Notes: generated by a model from the letters alone, not told the origin. A stretch of 64,000 nt of DNA from Callorhinchus milii (GCF_018977255.1 NW_024704767.1:4216001-4280000); one strand, 5' to 3'. Numbered from the stretch's first letter, positions 1 through 13,205 are shown. Made by a program: numbers and translations.

Positions 1-1282
1 GGATTGGATATTGATCTGAAGTTAGAAAATTAGTAAAAGAAAAACTGATATTGGCTAAAAGTTTACACTAAGAGAATAATTGATGTAGGTTCTGCTGGTC
101 AATGGTGATACATTAGTGATCTTTGCTGAAATGGATACTGTAAAACATCTACAATGAAGTTTGTGATGCCATCAAACATTAAGTATCTTATTTATTGTAT
201 GTGTAAACACACAAAAACATACAAACTATAAACAATGGCAACTGTAGCAATAAAACAGGAAATAAAGCCATGGCACTAAAAATGATTAATACTGGTGTCC
301 GTGGTCATGTCTGTGCAGTAAAACCCACTGATAAAAGACCAGCTGTAAATAATGGTGAATTTGGGTCATTGAACTAGTGCTATTAAGATCCTATAAGTAT
401 GTGTGTCCAGACTAAATCCAGTACCTTTGTTAGGACAGCAAAAAATGCTTGACGGCATCGCCCACAACATTGTAAATATTTTATATTTACCTTGATGGTA
501 AATGCAATATTTTGTAATACCATTCGTGACTAAGAGTGATTTGTGGAGCGGTTAGACATGTTTACAGTGTAACAATCGCTTAAGAAAAACATGCCAAACT
601 GTACACTGCATGGAGGAAGAATAGCCAGTCCATTCTCTACAAACACGTTTTTACATTAGCTTGAGGAGTCTGATATCAAGGCTGCTGAACAAAGTGATAC
701 TGCTATACTTATATAAATGGCTGAGAATCTTCTTTTTATTTTTATGTCAGGGGGCTTTCAAAGTTATTTCTAAATACATTTATTCACATTCACGTATGAG
801 GTTTGACGCAAGTGTTGTTCAACATATGAGCCTGATCCTGTTGTCACCCAATGTCGTGCACAAACAAATGCACAAAGGCTTTCCATATCACTGTATGAAC
901 TTCATGGCCATGGATATTTATGAACTACCAGAGGGGCCCTATATGAATGTCACATGTGGAAGCACGTTGGCATAATTGCACCTAAACTTATTCCCACCCG
1001 ATGTATCAATTTACTAAACCAGTACACTGCTCTGCACACCCACACATGAATCTCACTTCCTCTTTCTCTGTGTTTATGTCCAATCTAATCCACACCTGAT
1101 TGGACTTATTCAAGCTGTACCACGCAGAGGACGCTAGCAGTCAAACACAAGGATGTAATCTCATGAAAGCGTTTCCAATGAAATAATATCCCATCAGTCT
1201 TGCTTGACTGATCGCTCCATCAGTAATTTCAAAAAAAACTTTATCACTACAAATCTTTTATATTTTGTTGCCAGTTACTCAC

Positions 1283-1396
1283 CTTGGAGCCAGTTCAGAG
1301 AATTCTCGGTTTTCAATGGTGGTTTATTACCACTTCTTGAAATAATTGGCTCGTTGCCTTGAAAATTGCTGACAGTTCCTGCATACAGCTCTCCAT
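1283..1396 (-). CDS. sema4b: Semaphorin-4B-like, coding exon 6 (114 bp, phase 1 to phase 1): (D)GELYAGTVSNFQGNEPIISRSGNKPPLKTENSLNWLQ
   Basis: Acceptor ttgccatcAG at 1398-1397 and donor G|GTGAGT at 1282-1281. The translation has the Sema-domain motif DGELY.GT.SNF.G.EP.I.R and the SEMA4B-type KTE.SLNWLQ. The phase matches the preceding exon. The next expected exon (DPxFV...) was not found in 1-1282, so it lies outside the window. Confidence 0.95.
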
Positions 1397-2547
1397 CTGA
1401 TGGCAATGAAGACAAGCAAATCTTAGTTCTGTCTATTTGTATGTTATCAGCACAGGATAAATAAACTTTACATAGTTGCAAAATATGCAAATCAATTCCA
1501 TTTCTAATCCTCCATATACAAAGTAAACCAAAACTGTGCTAGCATTGAGAAACAGTAACGTGTTTAATGTGAATCCAATCCAAAATGAATTCATATATAG
1601 ATTCACAAATATCCTCTGAAGTGGAGGATAAAGGCAATCTCTCATAAATGTATGTAGAATATACAGCACAGAAACAGGTCATTCATCCTAACTAGTCCAT
1701 GCTGGTGTTTATACTTCAATCCTTTCTCTCCACTTGCTCCCATACCTTTCTATTCCCTTCATCCCTCATTGGTATATCAAGGTGGTATTGGTACTTGTAA
1801 AGGGGGTAAAGCATCAACCAAAGTATTTTTGTCATGGTACTTATACTTTTATCCAACAAACAAATACTTCACATTGTCGTAAACATATTTTAAATAATGT
1901 GGCACCTGTCTATGTAAATGTCAGAGAAAAAGGGAAATGTTTTGGCTCCCATCGATTCTGTGGAAAAACCTCTGACTGAACCGCAAAACTGGGAAGGTCA
2001 AAAATTCAATCCTTACTTAATGCTGAGGTAGACAATCTTAGATGGTTAGGGTGTGGTGCCACAACATTGGCCCTCACTGTCCTCAGGGTTTAGAGCGCAA
2101 ACACTCCTTTTCCTCCCACCCTCAAATTGGCCAGTAAGTATGACTACTCCTGGAGGTTCATGTGACCACTTTCGCTCCTCTACCCTTCCCCAATTGAAGA
2201 GCCTGTTACAGCTCACACACAAAGAATGGTCATTCAGATGAGATACAAGGATCAGGCTGCTCCTGCAATAGTACCCCTTCAGTACTGCCTTCAGTAATGC
2301 AAATTGATAAAGGGTAAAAAGCAGGAAGCAAAACAAATATAGTACAAAATGACTGCAAAATAATGTGAAGAGAACATTGAATGAAAACCAGAGGACAAAT
2401 GGCCGAACATTCTGGGACAGGACAATCCTGACAGTTAAGAATGGCCTCTCTTTATTACTGGGGAATATGTGCTTCTTTAATCTGATCATCTGTAACTCGT
2501 GCAATGTCTGAAAACAATATTCAATAGCAAGGACTTAAATTACGCAC

Positions 2548-2659
2548 CAACAATAACTGCAGTTGACTTATAGGTCGGGTCAAAGGGGCATCGACCTTTT
2601 CCATCTTCAGTTAAAATATTACCATTAGCGTCTTTGACTAGAGAGAAGTTTGCAACATG
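2548..2659 (-). CDS. sema4b: Semaphorin-4B-like, coding exon 5 (112 bp, phase 0 to phase 1): HVANFSLVKDANGNILTEDGKGRCPFDPTYKSTAVIV
   Basis: Acceptor ctttcacgcAG at 2661-2660 and donor G|GTGCGT at 2547-2546. Contains the hallmark Sema motif EDGKGRCPFDP. Not present in the supplied ORF track; read manually. Confidence 0.95.
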
Positions 2660-2762
2660 CTGCGTGAAAGAGAGGAACAGATTACATTTAAAGTCACATG
2701 ACTAGGTTTAATGATAATATTGTTTCTGTAAAATCTATAAAGACATTGATATGAGCACTTAC

Positions 2763-2861
2763 GATATAGGAACAATTAGGGCTGAAAGCATTTGTTCCAC
2801 AAACAAAAATGTGAGTGCTGTTTAGTTGAAGGAGGATCTTGATGTAATTGAAGCAGTCACT
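2763..2861 (-). CDS. sema4b: Semaphorin-4B-like, coding exon 4 (99 bp, phase 0 to phase 0): SDCFNYIKILLQLNSTHIFVCGTNAFSPNCSYI
   Basis: Acceptor gcctgcctgcAG at 2863-2862 and donor C|GTAAGT at 2762-2761. Sema motifs C.NYIK.L and CGT.AF.P.C. Lies inside the supplied ORF 2694..2882. Confidence 0.96.
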
Positions 2862-2954
2862 CTGCAGGCAGGCAAATATCAAACCAATTATTAGAAGTTA
2901 CCAGAGTTGGATTTAAGTAACCTTCAAGTTTGTTTTCAAAGTGAGGGCCTTTAC

Positions 2955-3017
2955 CTGCAAATTCTTTCCCTTAAAATTGCATTCCCTCCTCTTCTGCTCT
3001 GGAGATTCCCAAATCAC
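2955..3017 (-). CDS. sema4b: Semaphorin-4B-like, coding exon 3 (63 bp, phase 0 to phase 0): VIWESPEQKRRECNFKGKNLQ
   Basis: Acceptor atttaacAG at 3019-3018 and donor CAG|GTAAAG at 2954-2953. The W...K..C..KGK motif is typical of semaphorins. Confidence 0.94.
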
Positions 3018-3845
3018 CTGTTAAATATAGACAGAAATATTACAGTATGAAGTCTGTGGATCATTGAAGTTGCTGACATTAATCTTTGAAATAAGAATTT
3101 GACAGTTTTGATTGTCATGCGTTATGGGAAAGATTCAGTAAGTATTCGATAAACACATATGCCCAATCTTATTGCTTATACCTTCCCCCAAAACAAACCT
3201 GGAGCAGCTTTAGAGCTGGAAAATACACATAGCTCAGCCTCTCCAATGGAACATCATCTTACAACTCGGGTAACAAAATACCATTTGGGGAGTATGAGTC
3301 GAGGAAAGGTGTCCTGTGAATTTCATACATTTCAAAATGTATGAACAACAAATCTATCTGATGATAAGTTTTCTGAGATCTCTGCTGGGCCAGTGATTGG
3401 GAAAAAAAACATAAAATTAACCTTGACATCCTCTGGTCTCCTGTTGGCTAAGCAATTAAGCATCACTGGAACCAGAAGTGGCTGTTATATCAGTCACCTT
3501 CCTAGATGGAGGGACGGTGAGTAGCAGTCAACATGTATCAGAGGGTGTCAGAGGAAATTGAGCCTCGGAGGAAATTGGGTGAAGGAGTGTGACAGAATAC
3601 TGTCCCTGCTATACTGCAGCCTTTGTCTCGAGTCCACCACAGATCCTGACAGCTGATCAGTGTCTCTTAAGTGACATGAGTTTTAACAGGCTCATTCCAG
3701 TCCCCAAAGGATTTGATAGCATTAATTGGCACTTCAAAAAGTAAATTGAAAAGAGAAGAGTTACAAGAAGAGGAAAGTGATAAAATATTATGGGAATTGC
3801 CCTAGCTTTGTGCCACTGCACTGTCAAATTAAGATCGGCATATAC

Positions 3846-4006
3846 CTCATTTTTGAATCTGTTGGGAGCAATATCTGAAACATTCAAGGCGAAAATGGCA
3901 TCTCTTGCACCGACGTACAACGTTTCTCCATCAGAGCCTCTCAGCAGTGTGGTGTAATTCACGACCCCGTCCCTGTAGAAATACTTGACAGGTCTGTCTG
4001 CACTGT
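3846..4006 (-). CDS. sema4b: Semaphorin-4B-like, coding exon 2 (161 bp, phase 1 to phase 0): (N)SADRPVKYFYRDGVVNYTTLLRGSDGETLYVGARDAIFALNVSDIAPNRFKNE
   Basis: Acceptor gtttcttctttcAG at 4008-4007 and donor GAG|GTATAT at 3845-3844. Start of the Sema domain, with NYT.LL and LYVGAR.A.FAL. Confidence 0.95.
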
Positions 4007-5989
4007 CTGAAAGAAGAAACCGACAGGTCAGGATAGGAGAAATGACAAGCTGTCCTTAGAAAGAGACGTACACATTGACTCTTTTTTTGTTCTTCGGCAT
4101 GACAGAACCTTTCAGTTTTATTTGGTGAAATGATTTCCGATTCATATGCTACATATTCAAATGCAAGCAATACTTTTATGTTCAAGTTTCTTTTTTTAAA
4201 AAAATCCCATTACGTTTGGGAGAAAAATACTCCCTTAGCAAATACCTATTTTCCATAAATTTGTTCTTTTTTTAGATACTTAACGGGCAAATTGAATTAG
4301 AAAGTACGAAACTTGAATCCCCAACACTTCGGGGCAAAACAAAGAACAATAAAGAGCAAACTGATTAGTTTTCAATTCCTTTTCACTGCACAGATAAAAT
4401 TTTGAATGTGTTCACTTTTCCACACATGAGCCTGACAGATTCAATCATGCAGCTTTCAGAACCTATCAGAAATATGAATATGATATTTCAGTGATGTACC
4501 ATTGCAATACACATTTGCTGGGTATTATTTGGCAGGGTATTATTTGTCGCTTCTAAGCCAACTCAACCCTAGATAAGCCAAATACAGCCTGCTGAAAGGT
4601 TAGAGTAGGAGCCAGATGAACCTGCTGTGGGTAAAAGCTTGCAATCACAATTCTGTTTTCTTTTGTTCATTTGCAGTGGCTGGGAATGACAACGTGATGA
4701 TGTCCACATATCATGGGTCTCCTCGGTGGTGACCTTGTTGACTACAAACTTGACAGTTAACAATGCTCCTTTAATGCATAATATCACAAGGTACACAATG
4801 ACTCATTTTTCCTCAAACATTAGCCTGCGTGCAGGATTGAAAACCACCATTCATTAACAATCAACTTAGCAATATGATATTCTGTGAATATCCTGTTGAG
4901 AAGTAACAAGAAGCAAACAAGCAGGCTTGCCTTTTACATCCCAAAACATTAGAGCAACAGATGCACACTAGGGTGAAGTTATTAAATAAATACTAATTTA
5001 TCAATTCTGTAATTATTCATGAAACAATAATAACTTGCAATTTATATGGCAATATCTAGGAGTGCTTAGCAGTAGCGAAGTTAGACACCAAGCTGGAAGG
5101 AAGTGTATGGGGGGAAAAGATGACCAAAGGCACGGTCGAAGAGGTAGATTTTAAGGTGGTTTAAACTGTACTTCATTCTAAGCACATTATTGTGATGTGA
5201 ACAATTTTATGTACCAACATGGTTAATTCCAAGAAATGAACCATCAGGAGATAAAATTCCCTTTTTAGAAACAGCCAAGTCACAAATGACATCCAAGAGC
5301 TTGCATATTTATGAAACATTTAATTTCCTAAACTAAAAGCTGGACCTTTTTTTAGAGCCAGAGATTATTACATTGTGACTGCCTGATTGTTATATTCACA
5401 TCAGGGATGATTTTCTGATTGTCTGTACATACAGCAACCAGTTTAAGATAGTCACCAAAAAATACAAAGAAAGATAATAGTTGATAAATATAACCTGATA
5501 GCTATAAAATTATATTCTAGGACTTCACTCGAACAAAGTGCACATATATATATTAAAAAAATTATTAAATAATTTTGAAACTGCACTTGTTTATAAAACA
5601 AAAACGTTATAATAATCATCCTTGCATTTGATCTAGCGCTTTTCACGCTAAATGGAAAGGCATTTTGATAGGGGTCCGCAGGGAAATACTCTGGGATATT
5701 TCATGTTGTAACCAATAAGAAAATGTTCTCCTCATCTCCATGTGGCCTTAAGGCCACAACTGTTCGGGTACATGATGTGGTGCACAGACTACAGCTGCAC
5801 TCCACTTCCTCTCTATCTGGGAAAGCCTTCAATTACTGTGGTTGCCCTCAAGCAAAACCAGGCTCTATAATTTATTTAACTCTTTCCATTCCTAACTCTT
5901 CACCAGGATGCTAATTGTAAGTTGCAAGTAGCTGACTGGAATCTTTTCATACTCATTAAAATACATATGTTTTTCTTTTTCTCCACATT

Positions 5990-6800
5990 GCTTCTCTCTC
6001 ACCCACCCCCACCTTCCGATGGATCAGACTTGCTAGGGTACTGCTCCAAGGGTGCCAGTCACACTCCACTATCTTCACTCAAATTACCATTCTTCATGTG
6101 TGAACCTAGACAGCGAGTAACGAGTTGCTTGATCATGGGAGGAACAACAACAACAACAAGATTCCATTGATTGAGCGCCTTTCACGTCGGGAGGACGTCC
6201 CAAGGTGCTGTACAGTTGGGTCAGGACCCGAGCAAAGGGGAAATGGTCAGGGTGAGGGAAGGGAGGGAGCGAGGAGGGGGTAGAGAGTCGAGAGGGGAGC
6301 TGAAGGCTCGGTCAAAGAGAAAGGTCTTGAGACCGGCCTTGAAGGAGGAAAGGGAGGAGGCAAGGCGAAGGCACTGGGGGATAGAGTTCCAGAGCCTAGG
6401 GGCTGAGAGGCTGAAGGCCCGGCCACCGATAGTAGGGCGGTTGGGGCGGGGGATGTGGAGCAGACCGGAGCCAGAGGAACGGAGGGTACGGGCGGGTAGG
6501 TAGGGGGATAGTAGGTCGGAGAGGTAGGAGGCAAGGCCGTGAATGGCCTTGTAGGTGAGGATCTTGAATTGGATCCTCTGGGGGATGGGGAGCCAGTGGA
6601 GGCGAGCGAGGGTGGGATAGATAACACACAAAAGCACTTTCCAACAGAGGTCACTGGATAGCGATACTGAGTGAGGTCTCCCTGAAGAGAAGCATCTGAG
6701 ACCAATTGTAGCACAATTAGAGGTTCAAACCTGGCTCATTCTGACTGTAAGTCTATTTCACTTACCGCAGTGGCTTTACCAACTGGACTGTTGGAGGAAC
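5990..6800 (-). mobile_element. Ancient degraded SINE-like repeat split by the L2 insertion (pieces ~5990-6142 and ~6624-6800)
   Basis: The flanks of the L2 (CCATTCTTCATGTGTGAACCTAGACAG on the left, GCACTTTCCAACAGAGGTCACTGGATAGCGAT on the right) are reverse complements of motifs that are contiguous in the copies at ~10200-10470 and ~7900-8250. Confidence 0.6.
6143..6623 (-). mobile_element. 5'-truncated L2-clade LINE: ORF2 C-terminus, 3' UTR and (GTT)n tail
   Basis: ORF 6221..6637 reads LHWLPIPQRIQFKIL..YKA.HGLA..YLSDLL..Y.P.R.LRS...GGRAFS..APRLWNS.P..LR...SL..FK..LKT.LF, the classic L2 ORF2 C-terminus. It is followed by the stem-loop ACGTC-CTCCC-GACGT and a (GTT)5 tail. The GC-rich, CpG-retaining sequence suggests a relatively young copy. 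Confidence 0.92.
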
Positions 6801-7899
6801 TCAAACCTATTATTCACATCATTGCAGGTTTTCATTTAGGAGCAACTTACTTTGCAATCAAGTGAACTTAAAAAGCTGCAAATTATTCCTCATACAAACT
6901 TTTTTTTTATTTCTGTTGCAAAATAAGCCCTTCAACCGTCAATTCGAAGGGAAAAATCCAAACGAGAAAACGAGCCGATGAAATCAATGGAAGATTTCTC
7001 TGATTTTGTTCTTTTGATTGAATTTTACCAACCAGATTAATCAGCCAAATCTCAGGCTGAGGGAGATTTCCTGCTCAGGAGGTGATCAAAGAGCTGTGCT
7101 GCTTTCACCTTTGACCATTCTACTCTTATTCTGAAACGTGTCCAGGTACGTTTAAAATTATGTCATTCATTTTATTTGAAGGAGCATCGCTTATGCAAAA
7201 CAACGGTGTGTAGTTCATGAGTGAACATTACAGAAATTGTAAATTAACTGCTCTGCTGGATCTTTAACGTGTACTATCAGCCCCATAATCTGCCTTCAGG
7301 CCACTGCCAGACAGGATACAGGAATGCAAATGAAGGAGCAATCTTTTTTTTAATATACTGAGAATAAATTTTACTCAGCCTCGTTCTGCATGAGGGTCAA
7401 TGGATTGTATTCTAGTCTTAATATTAATAATAATAATACATACAATTGTTATAGCACCTTTCACTTCTAGAGGGCTCTAAGAACAAATATTTGACTCGTT
7501 TTTTTATTAAATAAAATAGTGTTTGAGCGAGTTTTGTCTCAATCAAAGACTTTTTAAATTCAAGCTCCAAGGTCCAGGTTGCCTCTCAGTAACTTGACCA
7601 AGTGAGGACTGTACATGTGTGTGTCTCACCAGCAAAATTTTACTCTATTTGACTGTGAACATACACACATGCACACACACACATACAAGATATATAGAAA
7701 TTTTAATCCCAGTTGAAATTTCTTGGCAAACTAATTTCATATTCATAATTTTTCAGCTGTACAGTCAAAACCTCAGGTTAATATCCAACATGAAAGGTTC
7801 AAACTGTATCCTGCATTTCTGTAATTGTCTGTTTTCAGCAAGCAAATGATGGGCAGGTTTGCTTATAAATATCAAAAATAGGCTTTCATTGTGTGGTGA

Positions 7900-8250
7900 G
7901 TGAGCTGAGCTCAGTGTGGGTGGCACTGAACATGTTTTACAGTGATCTTCTATGATCGTGAACTGGAAACATGAGGCAGAATTCAGAGACTCAGTGGTCG
8001 AACACTAACCAGCGATCCTGGCTGGAAAAATGGACTGGTATGGACACTGGAGAAAAGCAGCATTGTGCTCTAGCCTTCTTCCTGCTATAGTTGAAAAGTC
8101 CATGATCACTCACTGCCTGGCTTCACACGTGAGGGATGGCCACTTGGGCAAGATGCAGGAGAGCTGCTGGCATCTACGGATCCTTAATAATAATACTCCA
8201 GTATAAGTCAATACCTGGAGCAGCGGAGGAGTCAAAGAGAAGAGAAGTTG
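7900..8250 (+). mobile_element. Ancient SINE-like repeat, degraded copy
   Basis: Shares the ordered motifs GCTGGAAA...ACTCACTGCCTGGCTTCACACGTGAGGGATGGCCACTTGGGC with the copies at 10200-10470, 41930-42040 and 55340-55610. Confidence 0.5.
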
Positions 8251-10199
8251 AGGTAGGGAGGAAACTAGGGCTCGAGGACATGAGAACTACAAATGACCCT
8301 CTTCACAGCACCAGTGTGGTTGTAATAATAATAATAATAATCCTTGCATTTGATATAGCGCCTTATCACGTCTTTGAGACAGAGCCGGGAACTGCAGTCA
8401 AGGCACTTTGGGGATACTATTAGGCTTATGAACAGCAACTGCAATTGGATGAAAGTCAGTCAGAAATTTAGGCTGTTTAACAGGAGTTTTTTTAAAATAA
8501 AAGTGTAATCTGAATGGAAACGAAACCAAGGATACCCAGACACTTAAATCAGCAACCTTGCACTCACTTCATTGTGAACCTGACAATCATGAAATATGAA
8601 AACAACAGCTAAGGCTGTCCTTCATCGTGATGAAAAAGCATTAAGAGGCACCAAACGAAAAATTTCAATCGTTAAAAATAGCATTGAGTTAGAGCACCTC
8701 TAGGAGTGGAAAACCTCCTTATGTCACTAAATGTGCATTAACAGGGTGTGAATATGGGACTATTTTTAACTACACTTTTTCCATTTAAAATCAGCTTTAA
8801 ACACATTTGGAACAGTTTAGTTGTTGAAAGGCTTGCTGAGTGATTGTGGAGCCTTGAAGAAAGAGGGATAACTCTGACCTCCAACACTGCTCCAAATATT
8901 TTTAAAAATTATCTTTCAGGTCGTTCAAAGGCTGGTGAAATGTTTGTTATAGATATTTCTATAACTGACACCCAGTATTTCTTAAACATACATAGTCAAT
9001 GTAGCAGTTCAGTAAATCTGAGATCATACACATCTATAGCAGAGAGGCACAGGAATATAATGTGCAAGGTCTACGGTGAAGCAAACCACACACAGTGAGT
9101 TTCCAGGTTTGGCCAACTCACCCACATGAGCCATTCAGTTTGGAAACTCGGGTATCTTAGGTAATTGTAACATGCTTCCCGAGAATGTTCACATTCTCTA
9201 GAGGCATCAGCAGAGGCTGAGAATCAGTCATTCATGACTTTGGATGCTTAAAGTACATCAGAAACAAATCAGGGTTAAATTTGAATTGCCCTATCTATAA
9301 CCTACAATTTCACTTCTGTTGAAGACTCAAATACCTTTAGACACGGGGACAAAGCTCTGCCTCCAATCCTGCAACTCTTCTATATCTTTTAGTGAGAGTC
9401 CATTACCAGCTTTCACTCAATTTAACTAGGAACAGCAGCTAACAGTGAGTTTTTTTGACATTCGTATGGATGTTCTACCAGTGCATAGACCGTCACTAAG
9501 AATGCCGAAATAACACAAATAGAAGACATCAATCAAGTTTGAGGGCGAAACCCAATGTCTCCTTCATAAAAAAGCTTCACAGCTGTCATTTCATCACTCG
9601 ATGAATGCTACATTTTTATTAGTGAGTTTTTAAGGTCTCTTTTGGTATAGCTTTTCATGGCAGCTAAATAGAATATGTGACAGGTGAGCTTCCTGGCAGG
9701 CAGCCTGTGCTATTACTTTGTAATAGTTATGAAAATGGGTTCAATTCACTGGCAGCTGTCCTCTACAGTATATTAGATGAGTCACTCTTCAAACGAAAAT
9801 GTTGGAAATGAAATGGTGCACAGCAGATGCTTTCAAATGCCAGCCTTAATGAAGGAGCTTTTGCAACCCCACCACATATTATGGTCGATTTAGTATTATT
9901 AATACTTGTTTTGGGTAAAATATAGCTGTACAACCAAATGGGCTAGAAATAAATGAATAAAATGCCAGACATAAGTATAAAATCCTAATAAAGCAAACCA
10001 GTTCCTATTCATTCCCAATGATTAGAATTGAATGAACCAAACCATTTCCTACTCATTTTTATTCTATTGCACATGATTCTTGATCCATTTACCTGGTTCT
10101 CAAGTCCCTAATATACAGAAAGTTTTTTTGTGTGAGTGACGCTCAAGTCAATGTCATGACGCTTAAGCAACATTTTTAATACAGCTGCGGCTTTTGAAG

Positions 10200-10470
10200 T
10201 TTGAAATCCCAGGGAGCAGCTAAGGACACAACAAATAGCCTTGACGACCTGAGTTACCTGACGAGGCTGGCTGGAAAGTGCATGTGAATGGATGTCTGGG
10301 AGAGGAGAGGATTGAGCTGAGACGTGATGCCTTCTCCACACGCATATTACACTGTCAACACTCTGTCAACTTCACACATGAAGTATAGATACCGAGGGTG
10401 CAGGGTGGAGATGGGGTAACACGTACCAGACAGTTTTAAAGGAACAGACCCTCAGTAGAAGGAAAAAGAA
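10200..10470 (+). mobile_element. Ancient SINE-like repeat, degraded copy
   Basis: GCTGGAAAGTGCATGTG...GGATTGAGCTG...GTGATGCC...CACACATGAAG motif series, shared with the other copies in the window. Confidence 0.5.
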
Positions 10471-11769
10471 GTCACATCCCTTCAGTAGGGGTGTGGAGAA
10501 AATTGGTTAAAAGAAATAAAGCATTGGATTGTCTAGCAGTTGCTAAACCGATAGCACTTTCTATTATAAATACAATAATCTCATGTGGATTTATCGTGAT
10601 CAATGGGAGTATATTTGGACAACTCTGAGTGTGCCTAGTTAGTTTTCCTTCCTCTCTGGGAATCATTAATCATTTTGAAGTTTAATCTACACAATGAGAA
10701 AAGGTTTTCGTTTGTTTTTACACACCTATGGCAGGAAGTTGAGCAGCTGTTTGCAACAATTTGCATTGTAGACCTTTATACAATAAATTAATGTGTGGAA
10801 ATTAGTGATGAGCAGAGAACTGCACCTATTTCCAAGCCATCCTCAATGTAATCAGAGCTTCTTCCACATCTATTTGGGTTGATGTTGGTGCAGATTAGCT
10901 GCTGTATTTGCCTATAATAGCAAGCATCACTTCATTTCTAAAGAATTATATTTTGCAATGCACTTCAAGGTCTTTAGTTTTTACATGAAAGGCACTATAT
11001 AAATGCAAATTGCAATTTTGTTTTATTCTCCAACAATATAGTCGGAATACATAAAGAGGTTGGTCTTTTCAACACCTTGTTCCCAATGAGATGAGGGGAA
11101 CTTGTTCAGTTCAGATTCAATGGCTTGGATCAATGCAGATGAAATCAACCTGAACTGCCAGTATGAGAAGATTCGTTCCAGTGTAAATGCTACCTAGGAG
11201 GACACTTCTGAAACGTTACTTAACAACCCAAAGAACCATTTGAAGTTTATAGACCACAAGATATTAAGTGATATTCTTTTTTCCACCAGAGAACATATAT
11301 CTTTCTGAATGAATTAAAGCTTACCATTCATGTATTTTGGATAATCACTGGAAAGTTTAATGGAAAGAAAATGTTTTTACTTAAAGACCCACAAGAATTA
11401 AATGTTAAGTGGGTGCTCAAAACCTGGCACTTAATTAAATGTCATTCCCTGTAAGATTAGAATAATACAATTCCATCTTTTTTCAGACAATAGTCTTTAG
11501 GACCATCCTCAGAGATAGCCCTTTTATTCTAGCTGTATTTAAACATGCAATAACACCCATTCCGCAATTAGAGATGTTTAATGTACTGATTTCAGCTTCA
11601 TAACAATTCTCTATGAAACTGATTACATTGTATACAGGAAAAGTCATGGTACACTGCTGCATGTCAATCCTAAGGAACCAATGCACTGGGCTCTGAAGAA
11701 ATCTATTCTGCTGTACAAAAGGCCAATTTTGAAGATAGAAGATAATAATAGTTTGCACATTGCAGGTTT

Positions 11770-12025
11770 ATAATTGCAAAGAACAAAGGTCAGACACCAG
11801 GATGTTTTCCTTTACCTGGAGAATAATTGATGACTGGAACAGGTTGCCAGGAACAGCGGTGGAAGCCAGGACACTGGATTCATTTAAAAAAACAGCTGTA
11901 TAATAATAATAATCCTTGCATTTGTGCCGTGCCATGATTAAAGGATGAGAAGGGTGGGTGATCTGGAGAGTTGAGTTCAGATGGGCCAAAGGGCTTTCTT
12001 CACCCAATCAATCTTATGATCTTGC
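11770..12025 (+). mobile_element. CR1 LINE 3' fragment, interrupted by a short antisense SINE tail (~11900-11930)
   Basis: Degenerate CR1 C-terminal coding signature (TGGAACAGGTTGCCAGGAACAGCGGTGGAAGCC = WNRLP..AVEA) followed by the 3' UTR GATGGGCCAAAGGGC...ATCTTATGATCTT. Confidence 0.7.
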
Positions 12026-13084
12026 GAGTGTGATATTTAATTAAATACCTGTCCAAATTGGTCTCCAGGAGACCATTTTCCCTCATTGTTGCACTAATTG
12101 GCTGTCAATGTGTAACATTTGTGCTTATCCTGACAATTTTGAGAACAAAATATTAGAAAGTGATGAGTTATTTAAGGGTTAATCTGTCATCAACAACATG
12201 GTGAACAGTAGGAAAAAAAACATCATCGAAGTAAACTTAATGACACAAAAAAATTAGAGATGGCTATTCCAGGATATATGTCATTCAAACTTACACAGAA
12301 ATCATGTTCTTTGTCAAATTGCTGAGCACATTGCCTTATAAAGGTACATCATCCCCCTCCAGGGGAAACAGAAAGCTGTAATAAGTGTTGCAATGCTGTG
12401 CCCTGTATCCAATCAGGTAACAACACCGCAGAAGAATGATCGGAATCCATTACCGGGACTGTTGGAGTTCACCAGATTAAACAGCCATTTCAGGAATGAA
12501 ATAGAGAGCGTTTGCTTATGTAAAATAAAGAGAATCTGAGGCAACGGTGTAGGTATCAACACAACTTATGAATACATTAAAGACTTGTCTGTATTAAGCG
12601 TTCATGCTAATAAATAAGAGCGGAAACTAAACAAAAATAAGTCAATTGTTGTCAGTTTCCGAGCTCTCTTCCATCAATTATCTGTGGGAAATGTAGTTCT
12701 ACATTGTAGTTTTGAAGGTTCATTTTTTTCCTGTTAAAAGGCCGCTATTTTACTTTCATATAAGCACTCAAACACTCGAGTGACAGAAAGCTGTACAGTT
12801 TTCCATTGAGTCACATATATTATTGTACCAGAAGTTCCACGTTGAACTCAACATTCCAAACAACGTTGTTATGGGCTTTGAGTCATCCTCCCCACGTGCA
12901 ATGTGCTACATAAAATGTAAAGTGTAATATATTATAATGTACTACAAAAGGAAAGTGTAAATGAATCGTTGCAATTTTGATTCAATACCTAGATATTTGG
13001 CGCTGCTAATTCTGACCAGACTACAATAAACTCCCACCCTCCCACCACTTTCTACATTTTATCAAGTTCTTAAATCGATTCAAT

Positions 13085-13205
13085 ATAATTGTAGGCAAAC
13101 ATGGCAGCCAATTTGTGCATAGCAACATCCCACAAACAGCCATGAAGTGAAATGACCAGTTTAATTTGGAGCCGTGTTGGACACCAGGAGAAACTCCCAT
13201 GATCA
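13085..13205 (-). mobile_element. DeuSINE-type fragment (end of the Deu domain plus tail region)
   Basis: The reverse complement reads GGGAGTTTCTCCTGGTGTCC...GGCTGTTTGTGGGATGTTGCTATGCACAAATTGGCTGCC, resembling my recollection of the AmnSINE1/SacSINE1 consensus. Confidence 0.65.

Noticed and set aside
1-1282. Next semaphorin exon (expected DPxFV...DDDKIYFFF)
   Set aside because: I found no matching translation on the minus strand, and ORF 661..975 on the + strand has no protein-like features. The region is treated as intron.
2046-2504. 152-aa minus-strand ORF inside semaphorin intron 5
   Set aside because: Non-ATG start, low-complexity F/L-rich translation of T-rich intron sequence, and no Sema homology. 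The flanking exons already join in phase without it.
6171-6714. Four overlapping ORFs (110-155 aa) on both strands
   Set aside because: All arise from one GC-rich L2 fragment. Only the frame of 6221..6637 has meaning, as a dead ORF2 C-terminus.
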